Shown here: positions 1 through 9,483 of the stretch, piece after piece
Numbering within the stretch: the first letter of the stretch is position 1
Layout of the letters: each line of letters begins with the position of its first letter
Origin: Meiothermus sp.
Lineage (GTDB): Bacteria; Deinococcota; Deinococci; Deinococcales; Thermaceae
Length of the DNA stretch: 64,000 bases
Direction: 5' to 3'
NCBI GenBank assembly: GCA_033762915.1
Contig: JANRLD010000053.1
Span: 32,001-96,000, forward strand
Position numbers and translations under genes: made by a program
Notes under the pieces: model-generated
The model's input: only the letters and a program-made list of their open reading frames with translations
Told to the model about the DNA's origin: nothing
Database searches by the model: none

Positions 1-1355
1 CGCTGGCTGCGCCGCTCTTGGCCGGGCAGCAGCCCCAGCAGGGTCTCGGCCTGCTCGGTGTTGCCCTGGGCCACCCACAGCTCGGCGCAGAGGTAAACGG
101 CCTCGAGGTCGTGCGGCGGGGTGTAGGCGGCGGTCTGGGCCAGCTCGGTGGCGCGGGCCAGGTCGGTGTGGCGCAAGAGCTGGGCGGCCTCGAGCGCTCG
201 CCGGGTCTGCTCGTCGCCCGCGCTCCCTTCCGAGGCCAGAGCCAGCCAGTGCCCGGCTCGAGCCGGGTCGTTCTTGGCCTTGGCCTCTTCGGCCAGGCGC
301 TGATAGATCTGAAGGGTCTTGGACTTGCCCAGATTCGCGCCGGCGATCAGGTCGGCGGAGGGCTCGAGGCCCTCCCGCTCCAGGGCCGCCAGCGCCCGCT
401 CGGCATAACCTTTGCGCTGCGCGGGGGCGATCTCCTTGCGGATCACCCCGAGCAAAACCGGGTGAAAGACCTGCCCAGCCCGCAGCATCCCCATGCGCTC
501 GAGGTGGGCCCTGGCCGCCCTCAGTTCGCCCGGCGAAACCTCGGCGACCTCGGCCCAGACCCTCTCGCTCGCCGACTCCGGAAGCAGGGCTCGAGCCTCC
601 AGAACCTGCCGCGTGGCCGCGTCCGCTGCGTAGCGGTTGGCCCACTCCGAGACCAGCGCCTCGAGGGTGGGGGGCCTGAAATCGCGCGGCGGAACCCGCC
701 AGTGCCAGCGCATCCCGTCCGACCAGAGGTAGCCCTGGCGGCTCAGGTACTTGAGGTACTCGAGGCTGAACAGCGGGTTGCCCAGCGCCTGGGCGTAAAT
801 CCACTCCGCCCCCTCGGGCGGGAGCGGAGCGTTGAAGGCAGCCTCGAGCACCGCCGCCGAGTCTTGCGGGGTGAGCCGGCCTAGCTCATAGCCCTCCACC
901 CCCGCTATCGCCAGGCGGCCCGTCAGCAGCAACCCCACCCCGCGCAGTTTGGGCAGGTTGGCCGCCAGGCCCGCCACCCACTCCAGCTGCCGGGCCTCGG
1001 CGGCGTGGAGGTTCTCGAGGTGCAGCACCACCGGGGCCAGCTCGGCCAAGACGGCGGACAGGGCGCGGGCCAGTTTTTTGGGCTCGAGGCCCTCGCCCTG
1101 GGCGAGTTTTTCCCAGTCGCGCTGCAGCTCGAGCGAGAGGTCGGAGGGCTGGGGCAGCACACGGGTCAGGCCCACCTCGGGCGCGGTGACTTGCAGGCTG
1201 AAACTGCGGCAGGGGGTCTCTTGCAACAAGGCTTTAATCAGGTGGGTCTTGCCCACCCCCGGCTCGCCCCACAAGCCGAGCGCCCCCGCCGGGCGTTTGG
1301 ACAAGACTGCACTTAAATACCTTTGAATTGTCGAGCGAATTGGCTCCACACTCAC
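1..1355 (-). CDS. STAND-class (MalT/BTAD-type) ATPase regulator; N-terminal part, runs off the left edge; absent from the ORF track
   Basis: Manual translation from GTG at 1355: Walker A GEPGVGKT, Walker B-like VVLHLENLH, STAND GxP motif GNPLFSLEYL. Confidence 0.75.
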   Translation of the reverse strand, partial: MSVEPIRSTIQRYLSAVLSKRPAGALGLWGEPGVGKTHLIKALLQETPCRSFSLQVTAPEVGLTRVLPQPSDLSLELQRDWEKLAQGEGLEPKKLARALSAVLAELAPVVLHLENLHAAEARQLEWVAGLAANLPKLRGVGLLLTGRLAIAGVEGYELGRLTPQDSAAVLEAAFNAPLPPEGAEWIYAQALGNPLFSLEYLKYLSRQGYLWSDGMRWHWRVPPRDFRPPTLEALVSEWANRYAADAATRQVLEARALLPESASERVWAEVAEVSPGELRAARAHLERMGMLRAGQVFHPVLLGVIRKEIAPAQRKGYAERALAALEREGLEPSADLIAGANLGKSKTLQIYQRLAEEAKAKNDPARAGHWLALASEGSAGDEQTRRALEAAQLLRHTDLARATELAQTAAYTPPHDLEAVYLCAELWVAQGNTEQAETLLGLLPGQERRSQ

Positions 1356-1450
1356 CCCCCGCGAATTGGAGACAGCACAGCCATTATGGACAAGTTCACG
1401 GCCGAATTGCCATTACGGTCTCGTGAGTGTTACAGAGGGCTTTACAAAAT

Positions 1451-1589
1451 GAAGCTACATGTCTCCATGGTTGAAACGCGACGTGCCGCCCGCCAACTCC
1501 CACAGAGAATTGCGCCTCGGGTAGCCGCTCCGCCCAGACGCATATCTGCCGCATCCGCCGATTCCGCACTTCTACCCTGGCACAACCTA
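1451..1589 (-). repeat. Dispersed intergenic repeat family A, copy 1
   Basis: Reverse complement matches the copies at 25004 and 39434 (CCAGGGTAGAAGTGCGGAATCGGCGGA...GGCTACCCGAGGCGCAATT). Confidence 0.85.
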
Positions 1590-1708
1590 CGACGTCCCGG
1601 ATGAGCTAGCCCCGGCGGCACCTGGAGCAGCGATCGGCAAGTCAAGGCCCGGAAACGGGGTTTATCTGACCCTTCCGCGGCCGCAGGGTCTGAAGCGTGG
1701 CCTGCCCT

Positions 1709-2398
1709 CTACCGGCTCACCACCTGGGTGGTGCGGTTGCCTGCCGAGTCTACCGCGATGATGGTGGCGCGGCGCACCGGCAGCTCGACATAGAAGCTCA
1801 CCTCCTGGCCCTTGGGCAGCGAGAGCGGGAGGAAGGTGTTGTCGTACTGGACCGTGACCCGATCCACGCCGGTGTCGTCCAAAACCTTGCCAGAGATTTG
1901 CAGGGTGGCCTCGGTCTGGGCCGGGACTTCCTCGGTGGTGCCGTCGGCGTTGCGCCGGGTCTGGGCGGGCCGCACCTCCGTGAAAACCCGCTCGGCCCGC
2001 TCGAGCCGGATGGCGGGGGGACGGGCGTCGAGCACCAGCTTCAGGCGTACAGTGCGGGCCTGGCCCTGGTTGTCGGTGGCTTCGACCTTGACCTCGAACT
2101 GGCCCGAGGACGGGGCCTGCACCTTGAAGCTGAAGCGGGCCAGCTTCTGCCCCCTGGTCTGGGCGGTCAGCAGCTCCTGACCCATGGCCCTGACGCTGCG
2201 CACCCCGGTGTCGTCGAGGGCGTAGCCCTCCACCCGCAGCGCCTTCTGCGAGAGCACCCCGCTCTTGGGCTGGGTGATACCGATCAGAGGCGGCTGGGTG
2301 TCGCCGGGGCGCTGGCAGGCGGAGAGAAGAGCGGACAAGGAAAGGAAGAAGGTGAGAAAGAGAGGCCGCCCAAACAAAAGTAGGGGTGCGTTTCGCAC
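1709..2398 (-). CDS. Lipoprotein with two Ig-like beta-sandwich repeats
   Basis: Lipobox LSAC; repeated G..LDDTGV..V and A.D..G motifs. Confidence 0.7.
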   Translation of the reverse strand: MRNAPLLLFGRPLFLTFFLSLSALLSACQRPGDTQPPLIGITQPKSGVLSQKALRVEGYALDDTGVRSVRAMGQELLTAQTRGQKLARFSFKVQAPSSGQFEVKVEATDNQGQARTVRLKLVLDARPPAIRLERAERVFTEVRPAQTRRNADGTTEEVPAQTEATLQISGKVLDDTGVDRVTVQYDNTFLPLSLPKGQEVSFYVELPVRRATIIAVDSAGNRTTQVVSR

Positions 2399-2420
2399 CC
2401 CTACAGTCTATCAGGAGGGC

Positions 2421-2885
2421 TTACTGAGGGAAAATGATGCCGACACGGCTGTTAAAGTCGAAACCGCCGTAGGCGCCGGAGAGGTTGCCCAGGCCGATCC
2501 CGATCCCGAGTTGGAGTTCGCCGTAGACGCTGAAGGACTGATCAGGGAACTTATACTCGATGCCCGCCAGGCCGTGGGGGAAGATGTAGATGCCCGAGAG
2601 GGTGCGGAAGAGCCAGAAGCCCGCGGAAACGCCCGCGCCTGCGTACCAGCTCAGCTCAAACCCGGGGGCCACCGGCAGGGGGCTCTCGAGGATGATCAGG
2701 TCGGCGCTGCCGCCCAAGCCCGAGAAAGACAAGCCCGCCCCCAGGCGAAGGCCGTTGGTCTGGTATTGAATACCCAGCCATTCCGGGAAGCCCGAGTAGA
2801 TGCCAAAGCCATTGGACTGGGCCGAGCCCAGCGAGCCGAACATCAGAGCAAAAAAGACGATCAAGGGTGCGACAGTTTTCTTCAT
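2421..2885 (-). CDS. Secreted, probable outer-membrane beta-barrel protein
   Basis: GGAGG RBS, signal peptide, Gly/aromatic alternating strands, C-terminal RVGIIF. Confidence 0.7.
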   Translation of the reverse strand: MKKTVAPLIVFFALMFGSLGSAQSNGFGIYSGFPEWLGIQYQTNGLRLGAGLSFSGLGGSADLIILESPLPVAPGFELSWYAGAGVSAGFWLFRTLSGIYIFPHGLAGIEYKFPDQSFSVYGELQLGIGIGLGNLSGAYGGFDFNSRVGIIFPQ

Positions 2886-3274
2886 AAACCAACCTCCTCT
2901 TTGATCTTACGTATCTTACGGGTAAAAACCCAGCTTGGATTTTGACCGCGTGGCCTGGTTGCCAAGTAGAGCTTATTGTTAAACGCGTTATAACAACGTT
3001 ATTTTTCCCCAATCCAAGCCCCAAAGGTATGATAAGATACGAAGTTTTGGACAAAAGGCCCGAGTCAGGTTGTGTCCGTGCTAAGGCCCACAGACCGCCC
3101 GACGGGCGCAGGTCCGGACGGGCCTGCAGACGGTCAAGACCCGCGCGGGAGGGGCTCAGTGTCTGGCAATGGGGTTGGCGGGTCCGTTGTCTCACCGACC
3201 TGCCGGGAGCCGATGTTGCGCAACCAGACCGAGCCGAACACCTCCGCAAGCCCAGTTCCGTGAACCGCTGTAGT

Positions 3275-3295
3275 TATGCGTGGGAACTGCTCTAG
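3275..3295. repeat. Short repeat family B, copy 1
   Basis: TATGCGTGGGAACTGCTCT, also at 4911-4930 and 25278-25297. Confidence 0.6.
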
Positions 3296-4434
3296 GTCGT
3301 GTACAGCGCGTTGATCTGCACGTAGCCCTCGGTCAGGTCGCAGCCCCAGGCCAGGCCCTGCCCCTGGCCCAGCCCCAGGTCGGCCTCGACCAGCACCTCC
3401 TCGGCCTTCATGGCGCTGCTGGCGGCGGCGCGGTCGAACTCGAGCACCCTTCCCGCGTACAGCCCGATGCCCTGCAGGGAGATTTTGACCTTTTCGGTCT
3501 CGAGCCGAGCCCCCGACTTGCCCAGCGCCATCATCACCCGGCCCCAGTTGGGGTCGTTGCCGTAGACGGCGCTCTTCCACAGCGGGCTGGCCGCCACCGA
3601 GAGGGCCGCTTTGCGGGCCTCCTCGTCCGATGCCGCGCCCGTGACCTTTACGGTGAGCAGCTTGGTCGCGCCCTCGCCGTCGCGGGCCAGCTTGCGGGCC
3701 AGCTCCACGCAGACCGCCTCCACCGCTGCCCAGAACTCGGCCAGGCTTACCGGGCCGGCTGCCCCGTTGGTCATCAGCACAGCCATGTCGTTGGTGGAGG
3801 TGTCGGTGTCGACCGTGACCTGGTTGAAGCTCCGATCCACCACCCCCCTCCAGCCGCGCCTCAGTTCGTCCTGCGGCACCTCGGCGTCGCTGACCAGGTA
3901 GGCCAGCATGGTGGCCATGTTGGGCTGAATCATCCCGCTGCCCTTGCAGATGCCCACCACCCGCGCACCGCTGCTCAGGGTGGCCTCGGCCATCTTGGGC
4001 ACCAGGTCGGTGGTCATGATGGCCTCCATGAAGGGGTCGATCTCGAGGCCCAGCTGGATGTTGGGAAGCCCGGCCTCGACCTTGGCGACCGGCAGCGGCT
4101 GCCCGATCACCCCGGTCGAGCCGGTCAGCACCGCGTCGGCGCTCAAACCTTGCGCGGCCGCCGCCAGCTCGGCCATCCGCCGGTCGGTCTCCACGCCCAG
4201 CTGCCCGGTCGCGCAGTTGGCGTTGCCGGCGTTGACCACCAGGGCTTGGAGGCCCCCTCCCGCCGCGTAGAGCGAACGCCCTCGAGTCACACAGGGCGCA
4301 GCCGCCGCGTTCAGGGTTCCCACGAAGGCCCAGTTGCACGGCGTCCCCGAGACCAGCAGGGCCAGGTCCGGCTTGCGAGAGGGTTTGATGCCTGCCTGGG
4401 TGGCCCCGGCCCGAAATCCGATGGGTAAGCGCAT
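3292..4434 (-). CDS. argJ: Bifunctional ornithine acetyltransferase/N-acetylglutamate synthase
   Basis: [24 protein letters not shown] autoproteolysis site, [21 protein letters not shown]. Confidence 0.97.
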   Translation of the reverse strand: MRLPIGFRAGATQAGIKPSRKPDLALLVSGTPCNWAFVGTLNAAAAPCVTRGRSLYAAGGGLQALVVNAGNANCATGQLGVETDRRMAELAAAAQGLSADAVLTGSTGVIGQPLPVAKVEAGLPNIQLGLEIDPFMEAIMTTDLVPKMAEATLSSGARVVGICKGSGMIQPNMATMLAYLVSDAEVPQDELRRGWRGVVDRSFNQVTVDTDTSTNDMAVLMTNGAAGPVSLAEFWAAVEAVCVELARKLARDGEGATKLLTVKVTGAASDEEARKAALSVAASPLWKSAVYGNDPNWGRVMMALGKSGARLETEKVKISLQGIGLYAGRVLEFDRAAASSAMKAEEVLVEADLGLGQGQGLAWGCDLTEGYVQINALYTT

Positions 4435-4510
4435 GGGGAGATACTAGCAGGGGGGAGGGGGGGATGGGGAGATGGGCGTTCGGTCTTTGCTGCCCCTCAC
4501 CGCCCTTACC

Positions 4511-4580
4511 AAAAAAAACCCCAGCCTCTGCGTAGCGGAGCACTAGGGGCACTGCGAGCAAGAAGTGCTCGAGGCTGGGG
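4511..4580 (-). terminator. Intrinsic terminator with branched stem; possible 3' end of an sRNA
   Basis: CCCCAGCCTC...GAGGCTGGGG 10-bp stem followed by T8 on the minus strand. Confidence 0.65.
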
Positions 4581-4874
4581 CGAGCATGGGGACAACAATA
4601 CGGAGATAACACACAGATCAAGAACTAATGTGTAAACGCTTACGAATAACAGTGTAAACCACAGATGTTGCAAAGTTATGTAAACCTTGTGGAATCGCTT
4701 CCAGATCCTTATACAGCGGTGGCCACCCATACGCTGCGCCAATAGGTTAGGAGCTGCCTATCTTGCGCCCAGCCAACACGGTAGCGCCTCTCTTGGCGTG
4801 AGGATCAGGCAAAAAACCTCCGACCTTCGCGTTTCCCAACCCAACCTCCCTCGCGGTGGCAAGGAATCTACTCC

Positions 4875-4930
4875 CTACAGCAAAAACCGCCCGCTTTAGC
4901 GCCGAAGGGAGTATGGGTGGGAACCGCTCT
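4875..4930. repeat. Short repeat family B, copy 2
   Basis: CTACAGCAAA...GAGTATGGGTGGGAACCGCTCT, similar to 25254-25297. Confidence 0.6.
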
Positions 4931-4961
4931 TGGGGGTTAGAGTCGGGTGTTGGACACGAGG

Positions 4962-5885
4962 TTAGGCTTTGGGGTTTTCGCCGGAGAAGGACTGGCCGTA
5001 CTCGAGGCCGCGCAGTTCCTCCACCCCGATCTTGTACTTCTGACCGCACCAGTGGCAGGCCACCTCGGCCCCGCCGTCTTGGTTGATCATGTCCTCGCGC
5101 TCCTGGTGGCTGAAGTAGACCAGGGCTCCCAGGGCGCGGTCCCTGGTGCAACGGCACTGGAAGCGCAGGGGGATGTGGCCCTCCTTAAAGCCGACCACGC
5201 TCAGGTCGGTGGGGTCGTAGTCGAGGCCCTCTGTCAGCAGCTCGATGCCGCCCTCGAGGCCGCGCTCCAGGAGCAGGTCGGTGATCGAGGTGCGGCCCTT
5301 GAGGTTGGCCTCGAGGCGCTCCAGCACCGGCTCGGGGCAGCCCGGCAGCACCTGAATCGCCACCCCGCCCGAGACCAGAACGCCCTCCCCGTTGAGCCGA
5401 ACCCCCAGCAACACCGCCGAGGGAATCTGCTCGGACTGCCACAGGTAGCGGGCCAAATCCTCGGCGATCTCGCCCGAGACCAGCTCGACGCTCGAGGTGT
5501 AGATTTCGTCGTTGGAGAGCAGCCGATCCACCTTCAGCTCGCCCTGCCCCACCGCCGCGCCCACATTGAGCTTGCCGTCAGGGCGCAGGGGCGGGTTGGC
5601 GCGGGGGTTTTTGACGTAGCCGCGCACCAGGCCGGTGGGGGCGGCCTCGGCGGTGATGCCCCCGATCTCGCCGTCGCCCTGAATTTGCAGCGTCACGCGC
5701 TCTTTGGGGGTCTTGGACAGCAGGAAACTCAGCAGCAGCACCCCGCTCATGGCCCGGCCCAGCGCCGCCGTGGCGGTGGGCGAGAGGCGGTGCCGCGCCC
5801 TGGCCTCCTCGGCGATGTCGGTGGTCTCGAGCCCGATCACCCGCAAATTTCCATCGGCGGCGAGGCCGCGAATCAGACGTCCCAT
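4962..5885 (-). CDS. hslO: Hsp33 redox-regulated chaperone
   Basis: SPTATAALGR, SGEIAEDL..YL.QSEQIPS, zinc motif CRC...CHWC. Confidence 0.96.
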   Translation of the reverse strand: MGRLIRGLAADGNLRVIGLETTDIAEEARARHRLSPTATAALGRAMSGVLLLSFLLSKTPKERVTLQIQGDGEIGGITAEAAPTGLVRGYVKNPRANPPLRPDGKLNVGAAVGQGELKVDRLLSNDEIYTSSVELVSGEIAEDLARYLWQSEQIPSAVLLGVRLNGEGVLVSGGVAIQVLPGCPEPVLERLEANLKGRTSITDLLLERGLEGGIELLTEGLDYDPTDLSVVGFKEGHIPLRFQCRCTRDRALGALVYFSHQEREDMINQDGGAEVACHWCGQKYKIGVEELRGLEYGQSFSGENPKA

Positions 5886-6045
5886 AACCCTAAAAGTTTA
5901 GCAGGGATGAGGTGGGTAATAGGGTCTTGAGGCAGTTTTGGCGGGCGGCTCGAGGGCCTGTCGGCGGCAGCCGGAAGGCCCACTCTGCCCCTACCGGCGG
6001 GGGCCTTCGTGGCGCGCCGGGAGCGCTTGGCCGCGACTTTCCAGC

Positions 6046-6074
6046 TTGACTCGCCCCCAACCGCCTTGTACACT
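6046..6074 (+). promoter_or_regulatory. Sigma-A promoter of tRNA-Ser
   Basis: TTGACT-N17-TACACT, about 20 nt upstream of the tRNA. Confidence 0.75.
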
Positions 6075-6093
6075 CATCGTTGCTTGCCCGCAC

Positions 6094-6183
6094 GGAGTGG
6101 TGTCCGAGTGGTTGAAGGAGCACGCCTGGAAAGTGTGTATGGGGGCAACTCCATCGGGGGTTCGAATCCCCCCCACTCCGCCA
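6094..6183 (+). tRNA. tRNA-Ser (anticodon GGA)
   Basis: Acceptor stem GGAGTGG/CCACTCC, anticodon arm CACGC-CTGGAAA-GTGTG, long variable arm, TTCGAAT T-loop, encoded CCA. Confidence 0.98.
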
Positions 6184-6209
6184 AGCAGGTCGAAGAACCA
6201 GAGCAAGCC

Positions 6210-6236
6210 AGACCCCGCCTCGAGGCGGGGTCTTTC
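6210..6236 (+). terminator. Terminator after tRNA-Ser
   Basis: AGACCCCGCCT-CG-AGGCGGGGTCT hairpin followed by T. Confidence 0.75.
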
Positions 6237-6571
6237 GCTGGCAGCCTCGAGCGCTTTGAGTTGCTGCTCTCGGTCTCGGACGTGTTGCCGAGATTGTCCA
6301 AAAGAACCCCGAAGCTGGGACGCAAGGGCTGATCAAGCTTGCGTTGAAAGCTTTGCGCTGAAGACATACCAGGGCTGCTTTCATCTCGTCAGAATCCCAC
6401 AATTATGGGACTCTGGGTGTGCTGTATTTGCCTTTCTAGCAAGCATTAAGTGAACGTTGACAAAATGAGTAATCTATTTGTACTCCGAAGAACTTTTCAC
6501 TCCGAAAAACCTACTACTTTAAATATTGAAGCGAAGGAAAGTGATCCTCGACTTCCGAAAAGGAGACCTGC

Positions 6572-6645
6572 ATGAAACTCAAAGGTGCACTCATCGATCT
6601 AGTCGCCGCTTTGTCTGGTCTTGGACTGGCTGAGGGCCGAAGTTT
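6572..6645 (+). pseudogene. Truncated start of a secreted protein (signal peptide only)
   Basis: AAGGAG RBS, MKLKGALIDLVAALSGLGLA, then runs straight into the IS relic. Confidence 0.4.
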
Positions 6646-6892
6646 CGCAGGGCCATCTACACCACCAATGTGATCGAATCGCTGAATTACTCTCTCAAAA
6701 ATGGTGGTCGAGACTACGGGGCTTTCCCTGACCAGGACTCCCTGTTCAAAGTCCTCTTTCTCGCCATCCAGAACGCTCAGACCGACTGGACCATGCCCAT
6801 CAGAGACTAGAAGCTAGGCCTGAACTGGTTTGCCGCTTCCTTTGGCGACCGTTTCATCGATAGAATCCGTACTCAAAATTCCTGACACCCTC
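6646..6892 (+). mobile_element. IS256-family transposase C-terminal relic with right end
   Basis: RRAIYTTNVIESLN...GAFPD...WTMPIRD*KLGLNWFA..FGDRF with in-frame TAG at 6808; ends in CAAAATTCCTGACACCCTC, like IS256 termini. Confidence 0.85.
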
Positions 6893-7148
6893 GGCCATCA
6901 GCTATCAGCCGTCAGCCGTCAGGCATCAGCAAAAGCTTTGACTTTTTACCATTTTACCTCTTCTGTCTTCCCTCTCCCTCGCCTTTGTCCTTTGTGTGCC
7001 ATTTCTTTGTTCTTTAAAATTTCTTCCCCGCATTCACCGCATCACCCCTATCCTTCGTGTCAACGTTGGGCAAGATTCAGAACTCTAACCGCTCGTTACC
7101 AGCACGTTACCAAGCCCCGCCCATACTAAAACCCATCAGGAGGAAGTT

Positions 7149-7289
7149 ATGAAACACTTTGAAACCACCCATGCCGTTCTCGAGGACACCACCAACCCTA
7201 GCCCCTTCTATGCCGCCTTGGTTCTTGGCTTGAATATGCTGTCCGCTACCGTCATCGCACTGGCAATCATGGCGATGATGTGGCGGTAG
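7149..7289 (+). CDS. 46-aa single-pass membrane peptide, below the ORF track cutoff
   Basis: AGGAGG RBS; MKHFETTHAVLEDTTNPSPFYAALVLGLNMLSATVIALAIMAMMWR; own terminator. Confidence 0.65.
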   Translation: MKHFETTHAVLEDTTNPSPFYAALVLGLNMLSATVIALAIMAMMWR

Positions 7290-7313
7290 AAACAGACCCC
7301 CGACATTGCCTAC

Positions 7314-7342
7314 CTCCCCACGATCTGTGGGGAGTCTTTTTT
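7314..7342 (+). terminator. Intrinsic terminator
   Basis: CTCCCCAC-GATCT-GTGGGGAG followed by TCTTTTTT. Confidence 0.75.
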
Positions 7343-7393
7343 CGCCTATCCGCCTAACATTCATCCCTAGTCGAACCCGATAGACTAACCCCC

Positions 7394-8740
7394 ATGTCGT
7401 CGGTCAAGCCTGATCTTCAACTCTCCGACCTCGAGGCCCAGGCCCTCGAGAACCTCCTCAAGTTCCCCCTCACCGACGCCCTGTTCGGCCGGCGCAGCCG
7501 GCGCTTCGCCCTGGGCGGCGAGCTGAAGGACAGCCCAGTGGCCTACATCTCGCGCTACGAGCCGTATCCGCTGTCCGAACTCGAGCGCCTCCTGATCCTG
7601 TGCACCTGCGCCGGCCTGACCGGCTGGCACTCGGCCATCAGCCACCACGCCAAGGCCCAGGGCTACCTGCCCTCCTACTCCGGCCAGGCGGCGGGCCGCA
7701 CCTACCCCAGCGCGGCCGGCTTCCACACCACCCAGCTCTTCTTCACCGACGACTCCGGCACCTACACCTTCCGCACCCGCGACGCCGCGCTGCCCGTCGA
7801 CCGCAATGGCGACGGCAAGGTGGACCTGAAAGAGACCCTCCAGGCCCACACCCGCCACATCCACCAGCTCTCCGACCGCCGCCTCTTCATCCCGCCCCGC
7901 GAGCCCTTCATGGCCGGGCACAACGCCTGGAACGCCAACAAGCCCGGCAGCCTGGTGGTCTGGCCCATCGCCGACGTGGCCCAGCACCAGCTTCTCAAGC
8001 TGCTCTTCATCGCCCAGAACGGCTTCGTGCTCTACGACGACGTACACAACCGCCGCATCCCGGGCCTCGAGCCCTACGCCGACCACGTGGCCGTGGACAA
8101 GCCCTACCCGCTCAGCGCCTTCGACCAGGCCACCCTGGCCGAGGTCTCGGCCGAGATCAGCGCCTCGGTCTTCGCCGGGCACCTGATGCAGCAGGCCATG
8201 GGGCTGGGTGGCTGGATGCTCAACGGCCTGGACCGGGTGCGCACCCTGGGGGCCTCCGGCGACCCCGAGGTGCCGGGCCTGGGCTTCCGCTTCGACTTCA
8301 AGCCGGGCTGGTCGAGGCCCAACCCCACCGGCCTCGAGGGGGTCTTCGAGGGCTTTTGCCCGCCGCACCACCGCGACATGCGGGCGGCCGTAGAGGCGTT
8401 GGTGGAGCGCAAGTACCGCGAAGGCGGCCCCTTCAACCCAGCCACCCCCGGAGCCTGGAGGGAGACCGCCAAGATTCGCGGCGCGGCCCGGCCCCACGAA
8501 GAGTGGATGATCGACGTGGTGGCCATCCAGGCCCAGTACCTCTTCGACACCTTCGAGAAGTTCCCCGCCACCGTCCCCACCATCTACAGCCTGATGTTCC
8601 TGCAAACCCACCACCTCGACCTCGAGTACTACGACCAGTTCTTCGAGCCGGGGTCGTACCTGCCAACCCACAAGGAGCACCTCGAGGCCTGGCACGGAGT
8701 GAAATTGGAGGATTTGCCGAAGAAGGCGGGTAACGAGTAG
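7394..8740 (+). CDS. Conserved protein, probable nitroreductase-like FMN-binding fold
   Basis: RRSRRF, RTYPSAAG, QAMGLGGW motifs; host codon bias; TAGACT -10 box just before ATG. Confidence 0.6.
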   Translation: MSSVKPDLQLSDLEAQALENLLKFPLTDALFGRRSRRFALGGELKDSPVAYISRYEPYPLSELERLLILCTCAGLTGWHSAISHHAKAQGYLPSYSGQAAGRTYPSAAGFHTTQLFFTDDSGTYTFRTRDAALPVDRNGDGKVDLKETLQAHTRHIHQLSDRRLFIPPREPFMAGHNAWNANKPGSLVVWPIADVAQHQLLKLLFIAQNGFVLYDDVHNRRIPGLEPYADHVAVDKPYPLSAFDQATLAEVSAEISASVFAGHLMQQAMGLGGWMLNGLDRVRTLGASGDPEVPGLGFRFDFKPGWSRPNPTGLEGVFEGFCPPHHRDMRAAVEALVERKYREGGPFNPATPGAWRETAKIRGAARPHEEWMIDVVAIQAQYLFDTFEKFPATVPTIYSLMFLQTHHLDLEYYDQFFEPGSYLPTHKEHLEAWHGVKLEDLPKKAGNE

Positions 8741-8757
8741 CGTTTGGTGGGTGGCAG

Positions 8758-9483
8758 CTACCTGCCAAGATCGAGTAGTTCTGCCTCAAACCCTTTGAAC
8801 TTCCGATGCAGGGTCATGACGGTTTGAACCTCAACGCTATGAGTCGAAAACAGACGCACAAGACAAGCGAGCCCTTCTATGGCGAACGCACAAGCTTGTG
8901 CAATCGCAAGACACGATAAACCGATGTTCGCATTATTCGCTTGAGGCCCGGAACTGAAAGTCAAGCCCTTATCTGAGGGTTCCAAAGATAAGCCCTGTTG
9001 GATTTGTGGGTTGTAGTGTTTGAACATGCAAAGCATTCGATAAGTGGACTTATACTCATCTTCAGCTGCTTTTTTCGCATCGGGTACACCCAAAAACTCG
9101 AACCAAAGTTTTCGCGCCGCTTTACTTTTTGTGAAAGTATTTGCGTCGTCCTTATGTTCAAGCCAGCCCCTAGCTTTCTCAGGAGATACACCAACATCTT
9201 GCATCGTAGCAATTAGCTCATACACAGACGCGAGTAAACTCATCGCTTGTGCTTGATAGCCGATGGATGCGGAAAGGTGAATCACCCTCAAATCATCGAG
9301 CAAACGACACAGCAGGTGAACGTGTACCCGCCTAAGGTCTTCTTGATGAGTGGTGTTACTTGCGAGTTCATCCAAAACACTCCCGAGGAACTCCGTCGTC
9401 TCGAGCAAGATTTGCTCCAGTGGGAACGTTTTTTGAATTATTGCCTTCCACGCCTCATCTTCTTCTGAATACAGCAGTTCCAT
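8758..9483 (-). CDS. Low-GC hypothetical helical protein (DUF5677/HEPN-like pattern)
   Basis: 241-aa ORF in a visibly AT-richer segment; LLASVYE...YRMLCMFKH pattern. Confidence 0.6.
   Translation of the reverse strand: MELLYSEEDEAWKAIIQKTFPLEQILLETTEFLGSVLDELASNTTHQEDLRRVHVHLLCRLLDDLRVIHLSASIGYQAQAMSLLASVYELIATMQDVGVSPEKARGWLEHKDDANTFTKSKAARKLWFEFLGVPDAKKAAEDEYKSTYRMLCMFKHYNPQIQQGLSLEPSDKGLTFSSGPQANNANIGLSCLAIAQACAFAIEGLACLVRLFSTHSVEVQTVMTLHRKFKGFEAELLDLGR

Noticed and set aside
18..884. 288-aa plus-strand ORF, and many similar long antisense or alternative-frame ORFs (e.g. 3280-4428, 7385-8695, 56517-58568)
   Set aside because: Shadows of real genes in high-GC DNA; the opposite strand or another frame carries the recognisable motifs.
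1442..1645. Similar short peptides (QGRSAESA...GAILCGSWRA) in several small ORFs
   Set aside because: These are translations of repeat family A, in inconsistent frames and without RBS; not a protein family.
6074..6402. Minus-strand ORFs across the tRNA
   Set aside because: They overlap tRNA-Ser and its terminator and show no motif or codon support.
7149..8740. RiPP cluster (small peptide plus SagB-like oxidase)
   Set aside because: The peptide is a hydrophobic TM helix without a Cys/Ser/Thr core, a terminator separates the genes, and there is no YcaO or transporter.
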